From: a virus
Strand: one strand, 5' to 3'
Length of the DNA: 64,000 bases
Virus record (IMG/VR): IMGVR_UViG_3300042291_000666
Coordinates: 1 to 64,000 of that record
In this document: piece by piece, positions 9,003-19,956 of the stretch
Layout: each line of letters opens with the position of its first letter
Numbering within the stretch: position 1 is the stretch's first letter
Notes under the pieces: model-generated
Seen by the model: only the letters and a program-made list of their open reading frames with translations
Told to the model about the DNA's origin: nothing
Database searches by the model: none
Position numbers and translations under genes: made by a program

Positions 9003-9656
9003 ATGAAAAAACTATTATTATTATTTGTTACAGTTACAATGTTAATTGGCTGTGCAAAACAACAAGATGATCTTGATGAAAGAGAAGCGGGTGTACTAAG
9101 AATCCACAAAGGTAAGTTTGCTTTTTGTGGCGCGTCTGGTGCAGTGCCCACAGGTAAGAAGATTGTTATTCAAGGTGTAACCTATGATGAAGGTTGTGCT
9201 ATTTGTCCTGTATTGGATGGTCCTTCAATTTCTAACTTAGCTATGTATGGTAGCGGTGGAACTTGGGGTGACTTTAATGTAAGAAACAATTTCAAAACTC
9301 CTGATGGAACAGATAGTACTGTTTGGTCTTTGTTTTGGTATTATGATTCAAATGATAGCATTCCTCAATTCAATCCAGAAAGTAAAGAATGGGAATTGTT
9401 ACCTCCAACTAATAGAGCATTTATAGTTAATACTGATTCACCATCTACAAGTGAGAGCAATATGTTTTGTATGCCGGCAGTAGTGTTTGATACAACCTCA
9501 ACGGGTATTGTATTAGCTAGATGCTATGGGCCCTTAAATGAAGCAGCTGTACCATTACGTAAAGCAGTTCCTGTAAAGTCAGGAATGAAATCAATTACAG
9601 CAGCTAAAGTTGGTGCTCCTTATCCTGTAGGAACTCCTATTCCAGTAAAAGAGTAA
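9003..9656 (+). CDS. Cys-containing lipoprotein
   Basis: Signal peptide II MKKLLLLFVTVTMLIG-C followed by AKQQDDLDE. Confidence 0.8.
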   Translation: MKKLLLLFVTVTMLIGCAKQQDDLDEREAGVLRIHKGKFAFCGASGAVPTGKKIVIQGVTYDEGCAICPVLDGPSISNLAMYGSGGTWGDFNVRNNFKTPDGTDSTVWSLFWYYDSNDSIPQFNPESKEWELLPPTNRAFIVNTDSPSTSESNMFCMPAVVFDTTSTGIVLARCYGPLNEAAVPLRKAVPVKSGMKSITAAKVGAPYPVGTPIPVKE

Positions 9657-9657
9657 T

Positions 9658-9853
9658 AATGTCCGTTATAATGCACAAATCATTTGATTTTGTCCGTTAT
9701 ATAACACATTATAAGTAGCCAAAACCACTAAAAAAAGTGAGTTTTGGCTAAGTATAACACATTTTGTATTATACAAATTGTATAATTATTTTGGGCAAAA
9801 AATACCATTATATTGGGTATAATGACTAATATAATGGTTATTATGCCCATTTT
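9658..9853. repeat. inverted- and direct-repeat-rich spacer at the convergent block junction (probable bidirectional terminators)
   Basis: TGTCCGTTATA x2, TATAACACATT x2, TAGCCAAAAC...GTTTTGGCTA, TGGGCA..ACCATTATATT...AATATAATGGT..TGCCCA. Confidence 0.65.
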
Positions 9854-12128
9854 TTATATGTTTTGACCAATATATTGGTCTTTTTTACTTTGATAAACCA
9901 CAAAGCAATCACTCTTTCTATAATCTCTAACAACTACTGTTACACCATCATGAAAGGTAGTCAACCAACAATATTTAGTATCATCTTTGGATATTCTTCC
10001 TTGATGAATAACATTTCCTACATACATTAGTGCTGCTGCAGGATCTATGTCATCTCTGACATCTATGATAATTCTACTCATTTTTTTTATTTTGTTTCCA
10101 GTCTAACCAAAATCCAAGGGCTACTATAAAGTTCATTCCTAAAGAAGCAATTATCTCTGTAATATCCTCATAGATTGAAGTCATTAGGTGGATATGACCA
10201 ATTGTCCAAAAAGGTATAGCCAAGTTCTGACTAATCCATATTATAGTAAATCTAAGGAATTTCATCTTTAAAAACTTTTATACAATAATCAGGTATATAG
10301 TATCCAACAACATAACCACAGTCAAACTTTTCACGGTATGTACCATATTCAATTGTCTCTTCTATATCCCCATCTCTAATAACTGTATCTCCTGGATACA
10401 AATCATTACCTTCTCTATCTTTTCCTACTGGTTTCATACTTTTAATTATTTATCCATTCCCATCCTAAGCATAGTTTCATCATTTTTCTATGGAGCCACT
10501 TTGGTTTGCTTACAAAATAAATTTTTAATCCAATATTTCCACCAATACAATAACAACCCACATAATTAGGTGTTTTAAAATTAATATGCATTTCTTCTTT
10601 GTTCATAATCCTTTTTCTTTTTTATAGAGTTGTAATAACTCTTTGGGTGTATAATCTTTTTCAAAAGTTGAAAATCTTTTATCTTGATTACCATACATAA
10701 TAGCATACTTTGATTTTTCATTTGTAAGCCATTCTAAAAAGTCAATAGTAAATAGATCAATAATCTTTAATACTTTACCAGTATGATTGTATAATTCAGG
10801 TTCATCATTATAACAATCCCAATATTGTGTATGAGGTCTGATTTGTTCTTCTAATGTCATAGCAACTTAATATTACGTTGTTTCATTTCTTCATCTAAAG
10901 ACTGATCAGGACTATAGATTTTAGCGCATTTGCCACAAATCATTGCTTCACCATCTTCAGTGTATGTATTTACATATTCACCTTCTTTTATGTATTTACT
11001 ACATGTATTACAATTACATGCGTTTGCTGTGCCACAATGTGGACAATGAAAAGCTCCCATCATAATTTTTTTTCTATAAATTCTATTACTTTCTCACACA
11101 TTTTAGATGCTGAGTAATCTCTACGTTCTGTTATTTCTGAATATAGAAAATCTAATATACGTTCTTGTTGCAATTTAGTAGCAAATATACCACCTCTTTT
11201 AAACCATTTAGCATTATATCCTGCACTAGCTTGATTAAAGTTATTTTGAGATGTTCTATACAAACCTTCTTTTGTAATTATATCCACTAGTGATTCTTGT
11301 TTATCAAAATCAATAAACTCATATGCATTAGATCTATTGGCCAATACTTCTTCTTTAGGAAGAACCTTTACTTCATGTTTCATTTCAAAAATATTTTAAG
11401 TGTTTTACCATCATCCTGGTACTGTAGTTCTACATCTTTAGCATTGTAGTTTGTATATGCTCTACCCATATGTGGTGGAGAATGTTGTATTACTTCCACT
11501 CTTGTTACTTTAGGAAGAATAAAAGTTGTTTCTAAACCTTCTGGTTTACATGTATCACAATATAAGTCTTGAGTCAACCCTGTAGATATTATTACACTAC
11601 ATTTATGACAAAGTGTGGCACCACGACCATTGTTAAGTTTATGTATTGGTTTCATAATCTTTTTTTTATTACATAACTGGCATTCCAAGTTGATCTTTTA
11701 GTTTTACTATCTCTCCATGGCCATGTCATTCTTGCTTTATGTATATTTTTATCAGCATAGTTTTTCCACCATAATATCATTTCCCAATATCTATCATCAT
11801 TACCATCTGGTGAATGCCAATGTATTGCAAACTGCAAATTAAAAAAGAATATCATAAATGACGGTGCCCATTCAAATCTAGGTGAGTTATATTTATCTTT
11901 CCATCCAAGATCATTAGAATGAAAAGCAATTGGCCAACCATATGCCACTTCATAACCAAACAGTTTAAAAGACTTACATCTTAAAAATTGAGGTTTTTTC
12001 TTTCTTATTGTTAGAATAGTAGAATTAAAATACCAAGGTGTAAAGTATGGTGTTCCATAAACTATTCTTCCAAAATAATACTTCTTTACTGGAGCTAGAA
12101 ATACTCCTTTAAAATCTTTTATTTTCAT
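9854..12128 (-). other. cluster of about nine small hypothetical phage ORFs (9854-10081, 10074-10265, 10252-10437, 10603-10860, 10857-11063, 11060-11383, 11380-11688, 11652-12128)
   Basis: Overlapping stop/start junctions on one strand; 10857-11063 and 11380-11688 carry CxxC zinc motifs. Confidence 0.7.
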
Positions 12129-12452
12129 TGCCTATAATGTTTTTAATCCACCATTTTTTGAATTTAGATGATTCAGGTAGAGTTATTACAAATCTATCCA
12201 TGATTACCATGCACATTGGAATTAATGCTCCAAGAATTAGTAAAATAATAAGTACATTCATTTTTAGTTTGTTTTTTTAGTTAATATATAAAAAGCAGTT
12301 AAAATTTCATTCCAGTGTTCAGCTAGCTTAAAATCTAAATCTACCAAGTATAAACATTGTAATATATGTTTTTCTCCGTCAGCTTCCCCCAGTTTAATAA
12401 AAATATGTTTTGCTTTTTCTTCTGTTGTTATACTCATTTTTTTAAAAGGTAA

Positions 12453-12476
12453 AGGGGATAGTTTTACCTATCCCCT
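12453..12476 (-). terminator. probable intrinsic terminator
   Basis: AGGGGATAG...CTATCCCCT stem with a T-rich tail on the minus strand. Confidence 0.55.
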
Positions 12477-12568
12477 GTTGGTTTACCTATATAATTATTT
12501 TGGATCATTTGTTAAGCACAAATAAAAGCATATAAAAGCAAATATAGCTACTAACAAAATCCACATAA

Positions 12569-13477
12569 TTAATCTTTCATTAAATAGACATCTTGTACTA
12601 ATCTAGAACGTGTTACATCTTCATCTATCTCAATGGCATTTTCATTCCATTCTTGCATAGTAATGTTTAAATCTACATCTTGTGTTGTATCAAACTCAGA
12701 TAAATCCAATGCATCATTCATTGTAATATTCATCTTTGATAAAACTCTGGCCGTCATAAAATCATGAAAGTTTTGGCTATCAGATAACCAATCTCTTGGA
12801 TGAGCTTTCTTTAATGCATGTGTAACGTGATTATAGAACGTCCAAGCATTTTCTTGATCACATTGGTAATCATATGATGGCTTTTCTAACTCAGCTTTAA
12901 CACAAGACATTTGTGCAGCATCAAGGATATCTTCATTGATATAAAGTCTACCTGCAATCTCTGCTTGTTCTTGTAATGATAATTCAGTATTTCTCATTGC
13001 ATCTCTATCAGTAAGGATACGTTTGTAATACTTCTCACCATTCTTGATCTGATTAGAAATTTGCATTCTAATATCATGATCAGCAGAACCAGTATGCTTT
13101 CTTCTAAAGTTCATCATGTCACCGGCCACCATACCATTATGGCAAACCATAACATATGCACCTATTGCGCATTGAAAACGTGTGCTCTTGTCATAAGAGT
13201 TTGTCCAGGCAAACATCATCCCTAACTCTTTCTCCTCCATAATAGTAGGATCAACGGTATTAATTGGTAAGATATGATATATGCCTTGTGCTACATTGGC
13301 ATCCATATTTGCTCTATATAATTCCTTTTGAATAACAAAACCACTATCTGCTAGCAGCTGTATTGTGTTATCTATCACCTGTTTATGTGATATAACTGTA
13401 TAACTTTTACCATGATTTGGTAAGGGTGCGTTTTCTAGGTAATTCCTAGTTGTTTCTTTTGGTTTATTATAACCCAT
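12569..13477 (-). CDS. DUF932/DUF945-like phage protein
   Basis: Y.VISH...NSYDKS..FQCAIGAYVMVCHNGM...RKHTG...WTFYNHVT pattern. Confidence 0.75.
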   Translation of the reverse strand: MGYNKPKETTRNYLENAPLPNHGKSYTVISHKQVIDNTIQLLADSGFVIQKELYRANMDANVAQGIYHILPINTVDPTIMEEKELGMMFAWTNSYDKSTRFQCAIGAYVMVCHNGMVAGDMMNFRRKHTGSADHDIRMQISNQIKNGEKYYKRILTDRDAMRNTELSLQEQAEIAGRLYINEDILDAAQMSCVKAELEKPSYDYQCDQENAWTFYNHVTHALKKAHPRDWLSDSQNFHDFMTARVLSKMNITMNDALDLSEFDTTQDVDLNITMQEWNENAIEIDEDVTRSRLVQDVYLMKD

Positions 13478-13701
13478 AGTATTAAACTTTTAAAGTGTAA
13501 ATGTACAAAAAATGTTTAGATAAACAATAAATAAATCTTAATTGTTTATATTTAATGCATTTGTAAGTGAATATGCATTAGAAGTACCACTTGTTAGAAA
13601 GGTATTTGCATTATTTGTACTACGAGTACTAAGTAATCCATTTCCAAAGTTAACTCCGGTGCTACCAGTAGTAATACTAGTATTGGAAAACACAGGAGTA
13701 C

Positions 13702-13902
13702 TTAAAAATTTCTGATTACAATTTGTACATTGTCAGGATTTGCAGCATGTTCTTCAGGAATTTCTCTTGTGATTTTAAATACAAGATCTTTTTCTGATTT
13801 AGCTAATACTGTGGTTGGTTCAATTATGATTTTTGAATCAACATAATTACCATCTTTGTCATTTTCATGCAAAATTACTGCATACTGAAATAAATTTTTC
13901 AT
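13702..13902 (-). CDS. small phage protein (66 aa) with a possible -1 frameshift extension to 13538
   Basis: ORF ends AGA AAT TTT TAA; the -1 frame stays open for 55 codons. Confidence 0.75.
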   Translation of the reverse strand: MKNLFQYAVILHENDKDGNYVDSKIIIEPTTVLAKSEKDLVFKITREIPEEHAANPDNVQIVIRNF

Positions 13903-13919
13903 TGTTACTTGGTTTTAAA

Positions 13920-14189
13920 TTATAATTCTTCTTGAAATTTTTTCTCCCATAACTGTCTTACAGTATAAGGATCTTGAATATAGTTATTCAATGCCGCCAT
14001 TCCTTCAGCTATTGTAGAAAATGGAATAGATTTACATCCTACCTCAATTAGGCATCCAACAGATAAAAATCTAATGTTTATTTGATATTCTCTAAGACAT
14101 TCCATTCTTGATGGTTTGTACTCTTTTACGCAACCAGTCATTTCTCTAAATGCTGGTTCTCTTTGTACTGCTTGATCTTCTTCTTTCAT
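13920..14189 (-). CDS. hypothetical protein
   Basis: ORF track; in operon. Confidence 0.65.
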   Translation of the reverse strand: MKEEDQAVQREPAFREMTGCVKEYKPSRMECLREYQINIRFLSVGCLIEVGCKSIPFSTIAEGMAALNNYIQDPYTVRQLWEKKFQEEL

Positions 14190-14357
14190 TTTGTTTAGTT
14201 TAATTGTTTAATACTATTACTTGCTAACTCATACTGCATTCTATTTGAATTAGTATTTTTCATTTTAGTAATTGTTGAGTGATAGATCTTAGAAATTTCT
14301 TTTTTGCTTTCAAGATTTTCTAAAATACTTTCAGTGCTTGATTTGTAAAATTGTTTT

Positions 14358-14660
14358 TTATTCATTTTTTACAAATTGACCATCAACCATTTTACCGGTT
14401 CTCTTACTAATCACATTGTATGCTGACTCAAGGCATTCTTCCAAAGATAATCCTTGCATTTTTGCTTGAATAATCAATGTAACCATAATGTCCCCAATAG
14501 CATCAATGATCTCAGGTCTATCATTTTTGTTGATTGCTGTACATAATTCTGTACATTCTTCTAATGTTTTTAGTGCTTGAGCCATTGGTGTAGCTTTCTC
14601 TAAAATACCTTTGTCTGCAGCCCATTGTTCTACAACGGCTTCTAATTCAAAATAGTCCAT
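14358..14660 (-). CDS. MazG-like nucleotide pyrophosphohydrolase
   Basis: KTLEECTEL...IIDAIGDIMVTL...AYNVISKRTGKMVDGQFVK. Confidence 0.9.
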   Translation of the reverse strand: MDYFELEAVVEQWAADKGILEKATPMAQALKTLEECTELCTAINKNDRPEIIDAIGDIMVTLIIQAKMQGLSLEECLESAYNVISKRTGKMVDGQFVKNE

Positions 14661-14661
14661 G

Positions 14662-15012
14662 TTAATTTCTTTTGTTTTGTATTAAGTAATAAATTTCTTC
14701 CCAAGTTTTGGGTAATCCCATTAAACACTTATCATCTATATAGATGTCTGCAGAAATCTTTCTACAGTCTTGTTTATACAGTTTAATAAGTTCAGGGCAA
14801 TTGCTGTTTATATAGTGGTATTTGATACCATGGTAATCTAAGAAGTCTTGTGCTAATCCTTCATACTTACCAGTTCTGCAGGTGTTAATGATTATAGTGT
14901 GTCCTTCATTATAGAGAATGTTAATGTAGGTATCCGCATCTTTTCTTAATGGTCCTACTTCAGGCCAAGATAATTCAGCTATGGTTCCGTCAAAGTCAAT
15001 TGCTAATATCAT
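14662..15012 (-). CDS. HAD-family phosphatase (BT0820-like)
   Basis: AIDFDGT, INTCR, RKISADIYIDDK. Confidence 0.85.
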   Translation of the reverse strand: MILAIDFDGTIAELSWPEVGPLRKDADTYINILYNEGHTIIINTCRTGKYEGLAQDFLDYHGIKYHYINSNCPELIKLYKQDCRKISADIYIDDKCLMGLPKTWEEIYYLIQNKRN

Positions 15013-15425
15013 TAATCAGGTACAATTATATTATTAATATCTCTGTATTCCAACTCCTGGACAATTATTTTCTCAAACCACGGTTCTATTCTACCTCCCA
15101 TATCTTTAATAATGTTTGCCAGGTGATCATTAGACATTTCTTCTACTGATTTGTATGATAAAGGTGACCTACCATCTTTACCTCTGTTACCCCAATGTGC
15201 AGCTGATCTGTTCATCATATGATCCTCTGATAGATATATTGTAGAACTTCTGTCAACTAAATCAAGGTCTTTACCTCCATAACGTTGATATGCTGTTCCA
15301 CCATCCACCATTGTTTCATTCTCACAATCACATGTTTTGTAATCATGTCTATTGTAAGATATTAGAACTTCACCACAGTTTTTACATTGTATCCTGTTCA
15401 GTACTATTTGTTCCAGTCCGTTCAT
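15012..15425 (-). CDS. zinc-binding phage hypothetical protein
   Basis: NRIQCKNC...HDYKTCDC...VDGG. Confidence 0.7.
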   Translation of the reverse strand: MNGLEQIVLNRIQCKNCGEVLISYNRHDYKTCDCENETMVDGGTAYQRYGGKDLDLVDRSSTIYLSEDHMMNRSAAHWGNRGKDGRSPLSYKSVEEMSNDHLANIIKDMGGRIEPWFEKIIVQELEYRDINNIIVPD

Positions 15426-15905
15426 AATTAATTATTTTTTTTAAATGTTTGTACATTCTGTTTCCAAAGCACCATGGGCAGGGACCATTGTTTCTACATT
15501 GATGACTTACGGCTTTGGCCCCGGTTAGTTTCTTTTTAATAGTCCTACTCATAATGAATCAGTTTAATTTAATTCTATAACCCCATTTAGATGCAGCCAT
15601 ATAAGTTTCAAAATAACAATCTTGCCAGTAATATATCATTTTACCAGCTACACGGTCATAAAAACCAACTCTTGTAGTTTTGACCATTGTAAACCTACTT
15701 ATTATATTTTTTATCATGATTTTTTCTTTTTTTTGTCTTGAAAAACAAGGGGTTTATGTGCAGCTTTTTTATAGGTTCTTTGCCAATTATAAACTTGTGA
15801 ATCTTCATCACAGGTTAAAACTTTTATAGGTTTATTTTTCATGTTATTATCTATCATGTAATTTAACCTTTTTAAATTTCTTTGTGCTTTAGGACTTAAC
15901 ATAAC

Positions 15906-16328
15906 TTATCTATCACAGTCAACAAATGATTCTGGGTACTCTTTTAATGCTTCAAGATACTCTTTTATCCAAGGAACAAAATTATGATACATTCCCCAAC
16001 CATTTGGACTATTAAATGTCTCATAATGTTTGGGTCTTGCTAGCATATCTTCTAAACCTTTTTCAATAATAGGAATTATTTCATATGCTCTTACAGGATT
16101 AGCTTCTTCAAACTTATACTCAGCATCATGATCACCTTCAGGAATGTTATATCCTTCTTTTAATTGATAAGGTCTCCACAGTGCTTCATACAATCCTGCT
16201 TCACCGGCCATTTTACCTAGATTATGTGTAATGTTTGCACTATACACATCCTCTTGCTTTTCTTCTAATGTTTTACCTCCATCATAACTTACGTGATAAT
16301 TTCTATACAATGTTACGTCTAAACTCAT
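15906..16328 (-). CDS. conserved phage hypothetical protein
   Basis: MSLDVTL..SANITHNLGKMA...NGWG pattern. Confidence 0.7.
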   Translation of the reverse strand: MSLDVTLYRNYHVSYDGGKTLEEKQEDVYSANITHNLGKMAGEAGLYEALWRPYQLKEGYNIPEGDHDAEYKFEEANPVRAYEIIPIIEKGLEDMLARPKHYETFNSPNGWGMYHNFVPWIKEYLEALKEYPESFVDCDR

Positions 16329-16494
16329 ACTTTTTCTAATTTTAATTTAAATTTGGTTCCATCAGCAGTTTCTATCACACCGTTTGAATCAATGTTTTTA
16401 ACTACTTTATAAATATCCACATGTCTAATCTTTAAAGATTCACATATAGCTGCTCTACAAGTATGGCCAGCTATTCCGTTTAATTTGTATGAGT

Positions 16495-17172
16495 TCATAT
16501 CAACTCTTCTAGTACAAGAATTTCTCTTACCTTTTTTACAAGTTCTTCCATAGTACCATCATTGATGATTTCATAATCAAACTTAGCTTTGTCAAGAGAT
16601 GTTTCTGATGGATGTAATCTTGCAGTGTTTTTACCTTTTTCAGCAGGTCTTGTTACTCTAATAGTAATACCATGTCTTTTTTCAACAGCTTCCATTTCAT
16701 TAGGAAATCTCATGTCAGTAATAATCCAATTAGGATATTCTTTTTCAAGAGATACCTCATCTTCTTCAATGGTATTCCCTGTAGGAACCCATTTAGCTTT
16801 ATAATCTGCAAACAAAGCATTTACCCATACATTTGTATGTAAACCTTCACGCATTGCTTCTGTACCAAGTCTTTGAAGAAACTCTCTTACACTCATCATA
16901 ACATTAAACTGCATGTCAGCAAATGGTGGTATTGAATTAAGTGGTACATCTTGTACTGTGCCCCATTCAACATCTAAAAGAGTTGTCTTAAATTCCTGGT
17001 CTTCAAACTTTAGTACAGGAATGCCTGTAAGTATTGAAGCAATTTGTTTTAGTTTGCCTGCAAACTTTTTAATTTCAGAAGATTGATTTTTGTTTGTCAA
17101 AAGCAATCCTTGAATGATTGTGCCAATAGTATCTTTTCCAGATCCCATACGGCCTGATATTCCTATAATCAT
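16495..17172 (-). CDS. deoxynucleoside monophosphate kinase
   Basis: GISGRMGSGKDT, REFLQRLGTE, ITDMRFPNE, HPSE. Confidence 0.92.
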   Translation of the reverse strand: MIIGISGRMGSGKDTIGTIIQGLLLTNKNQSSEIKKFAGKLKQIASILTGIPVLKFEDQEFKTTLLDVEWGTVQDVPLNSIPPFADMQFNVMMSVREFLQRLGTEAMREGLHTNVWVNALFADYKAKWVPTGNTIEEDEVSLEKEYPNWIITDMRFPNEMEAVEKRHGITIRVTRPAEKGKNTARLHPSETSLDKAKFDYEIINDGTMEELVKKVREILVLEELI

Positions 17173-17462
17173 TGTGGTGGTTTTTTAAATTTTGGACTAC
17201 AACCTAATAGTATACCTCTTGACACAGCTTCTCTACGCCATTTAGGTAACTTAGATTCTTTTAGATGTCTCTTGACAATCTCTTCATATATTTCTTGATC
17301 AATTACATAATCATTGTATGGAATAATCTTTTGACCCCGCTCATTTAATTCAGCAGATTCAAGTAAATAATTCCAACTCACAGATGGTTCTGACACAGCA
17401 TACAACTCTGTATATATGCTGGTCATAACATCTTCTATTTTTTTATCTAGTGTTTTAGTCAT
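17169..17462 (-). CDS. hypothetical protein
   Basis: ORF track; 4-nt overlap with the kinase gene. Confidence 0.65.
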   Translation of the reverse strand: MTKTLDKKIEDVMTSIYTELYAVSEPSVSWNYLLESAELNERGQKIIPYNDYVIDQEIYEEIVKRHLKESKLPKWRREAVSRGILLGCSPKFKKPPQ

Positions 17463-17466
17463 AATC

Positions 17467-19458
17467 TTAAAATAATCTGAGTTGATTTGATGATACAGTT
17501 AGAATATTATTTATTTCATTTTCAATGGCCTGGGTATAATAACCTTTATCAATGTTGTATGTTTCCCATTTGGGTTCCATCTTCATTTTGTTAAAGATTG
17601 CCTGTATCCATTTTCCTGCTTCTAATTGTATTTCTCTTTTGTCAACCCTGTTTACCTTTATAATCTTAACTCCAGTTCTAGATATGTAATATCTATTAAT
17701 TTTTTGAAGCTCATCTTCTACAAAAGTACCTTCTTTAATTGATCTGGCCACACATTTCCAATCACCATTTGATTTACTACCAATACAATAATCAAGTATG
17801 TTTTTGTTTTGTTCTAAATAATCTTCAGGAAGAACATTATGTACAAAATACTGATATATTGCTTTTGGTATAACCAACTTTGATTTGTTTTTATGTAACT
17901 GCAGATCATGAAAATCAAATCTACCTTTTAACTTCACAGGAGCATAGCTAAATTTGTCATTTTCCACTTTAAATAAATAATGCGGATCAGATTGTTTGAT
18001 TGCTCTCCATCTTGTAATGTCAACTTCTTTGTAATCATTAATGCCAATGTAATTGTTTACATCTCCAAGTACCAATTTTTGGTATTGGTCATGTTCCAAA
18101 GACAAATTGGTGGTTTCTTCCCACTCTTTACAGATAAGCATATATTCATCATAGTACTTTCTAGGTATTAATGTCTCAACACCATCTGTATTATGTAATA
18201 ATGCTACTGCACCGGGGATTCTTTCCATGATTTGCTCATAAAGCATCATCAAAGTTAACTGACCATTGATTGTAATCTTCATACATAACTCAGGATCATA
18301 AAAGAAGCTGTTTTCATCATTGCTAAGACCAAAAGTAGAGTTAAGTATAATCTTGTATACATAGTTCATTGGATTGCTCTTAGGGATCTTCTTACGCTCT
18401 TCAAAGAACCATTCATATTGATCACAGAATGCATCAACAGGAAAGTGTCCCGGAGACCATCTATTTCTAATTGCAAGATTAGGATAAAAACTGGTAACAT
18501 CTGAAGACATTATAATCATATCTTCAGTGCTTTCATAAACACCTTTCTTTCTTGCACCATGCACACCGCCTAAACCAAAGTCAGTTTTTACATCTCTGTA
18601 ATTCAGACTATATTTAAAACTACCTTTTAGATTCTTTCCATTTATTTCTAATGCATTGAATCTTTGTAGTAAAGTACTAAATTCACTAGAGCTAAACTTT
18701 ATGTATGGTAGAATGATGTCTTTAATCTTGATGATATCTCTATGTGTCCTCATATCCCTTAATTCTTTTTTAGGAATATTAAGTTTTTCAGATAAATAAT
18801 AGCCAAAAAGCTCTTTACTTATCCTTGGTTCTGAGGCACTGAATAGATTAATACCATATGTTTTAGTCAATTCTTTTCTTAATCCTATCTGTGACTTTGA
18901 TCTGTTGTAGATTTCTTTAGTTGACCTTACATCATTAATACAGTATTCTAATATTGTATCAATCTCTTCTTTTGTAGTTATTGCTGACGTATGATGAATA
19001 GGCATTTCAAGAATGTTATCCCAATCCATACTGTATTGAATCCATTTCAAACTAGAACGTTTGGCCGGGTTGTCCCAGTGATGCATTTTAAAGATATCTA
19101 TTTGACCAACTGACATTTTCCATTGAGGATAATCAGCAAACTCTTTTTTGTTGCTTTTTTCTATTGTTCTTTGCGCATATCTGTAAAGAGTATTTGCAAT
19201 TTCACAACCTGAAAGGTCCCACCAATCATCATGATTATCTAATATAAAATGTGTTATCTGAGCATCAAAAGCTAAACCATTATAAGATATGTGCCATTCT
19301 TTGTTGGCTATATTTGTATTTAAAAAACTTACAAGTTTACCTAAATCATTTTGCAGGTCATGAATAACAAAGATTTCTGTTTCCATAGTCTTATAATCTT
19401 CAAATACACCCGTAAAACAATTAGATAATGTTTCATAATCCATCACCCAGTGCTTCAT
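17467..19458 (-). CDS. polB: DNA polymerase family B (crAss-type)
   Basis: Exonuclease motifs DYET, YNGLAFD, YCINDV; polymerase motifs SDVTSFYP, KIILNSTFG, NTDG. Confidence 0.93.
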   Translation of the reverse strand: MKHWVMDYETLSNCFTGVFEDYKTMETEIFVIHDLQNDLGKLVSFLNTNIANKEWHISYNGLAFDAQITHFILDNHDDWWDLSGCEIANTLYRYAQRTIEKSNKKEFADYPQWKMSVGQIDIFKMHHWDNPAKRSSLKWIQYSMDWDNILEMPIHHTSAITTKEEIDTILEYCINDVRSTKEIYNRSKSQIGLRKELTKTYGINLFSASEPRISKELFGYYLSEKLNIPKKELRDMRTHRDIIKIKDIILPYIKFSSSEFSTLLQRFNALEINGKNLKGSFKYSLNYRDVKTDFGLGGVHGARKKGVYESTEDMIIMSSDVTSFYPNLAIRNRWSPGHFPVDAFCDQYEWFFEERKKIPKSNPMNYVYKIILNSTFGLSNDENSFFYDPELCMKITINGQLTLMMLYEQIMERIPGAVALLHNTDGVETLIPRKYYDEYMLICKEWEETTNLSLEHDQYQKLVLGDVNNYIGINDYKEVDITRWRAIKQSDPHYLFKVENDKFSYAPVKLKGRFDFHDLQLHKNKSKLVIPKAIYQYFVHNVLPEDYLEQNKNILDYCIGSKSNGDWKCVARSIKEGTFVEDELQKINRYYISRTGVKIIKVNRVDKREIQLEAGKWIQAIFNKMKMEPKWETYNIDKGYYTQAIENEINNILTVSSNQLRLF

Positions 19459-19529
19459 ATTTTATTTTTTAAGCAAAAAAAAAGACATACGTTAATACAT
19501 CTTCTTTCTTGAATTAATAATTAATTAGA

Positions 19530-19946
19530 TTATGCTTGCAATATGATGTTAGATTTTTTAGTTTCCTTAATTTCTACAAAATATGCTTTGTAATCAAAAG
19601 AAGCTGCATTAATACCAAACAAATTAATGAATGTTTCAATATCTTCTTTTTCAGTTAGATAAAATTCAGAAAAAGTATCAACTAATCTTCTTTCTTCTTT
19701 AACTGTTTTACCAGTCTGTGGATTTGGAGTTTTTAGTTTAATTGGTTGACCATCATCATCTAGTTTTGCAACCATATGGTATGATTGTTTTAATACTTTA
19801 CTGATTACAGCTAAAATGCCTGACGCGGGGTCATACATAGCTTCAACATATGGTGAGTCAATGCTCACAGGAATCATGGTAAAAGATTTGGCATTTCTGA
19901 AACTAGATGTTACCAGCATCATGTTTTGCCCAATTGGTTGTGACAT
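19530..19946 (-). CDS. hypothetical protein in the replication module
   Basis: ORF track; preceded by TATCTTTG on the minus strand. Confidence 0.7.
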   Translation of the reverse strand: MSQPIGQNMMLVTSSFRNAKSFTMIPVSIDSPYVEAMYDPASGILAVISKVLKQSYHMVAKLDDDGQPIKLKTPNPQTGKTVKEERRLVDTFSEFYLTEKEDIETFINLFGINAASFDYKAYFVEIKETKKSNIILQA

Positions 19947-19956
19947 ATTGTTAATT

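Noticed and set aside
9658-9853. Possible CRISPR mini-array
   Set aside because: Repeats are only 11 nt, occur in two copies and lack regular spacers; no cas genes.
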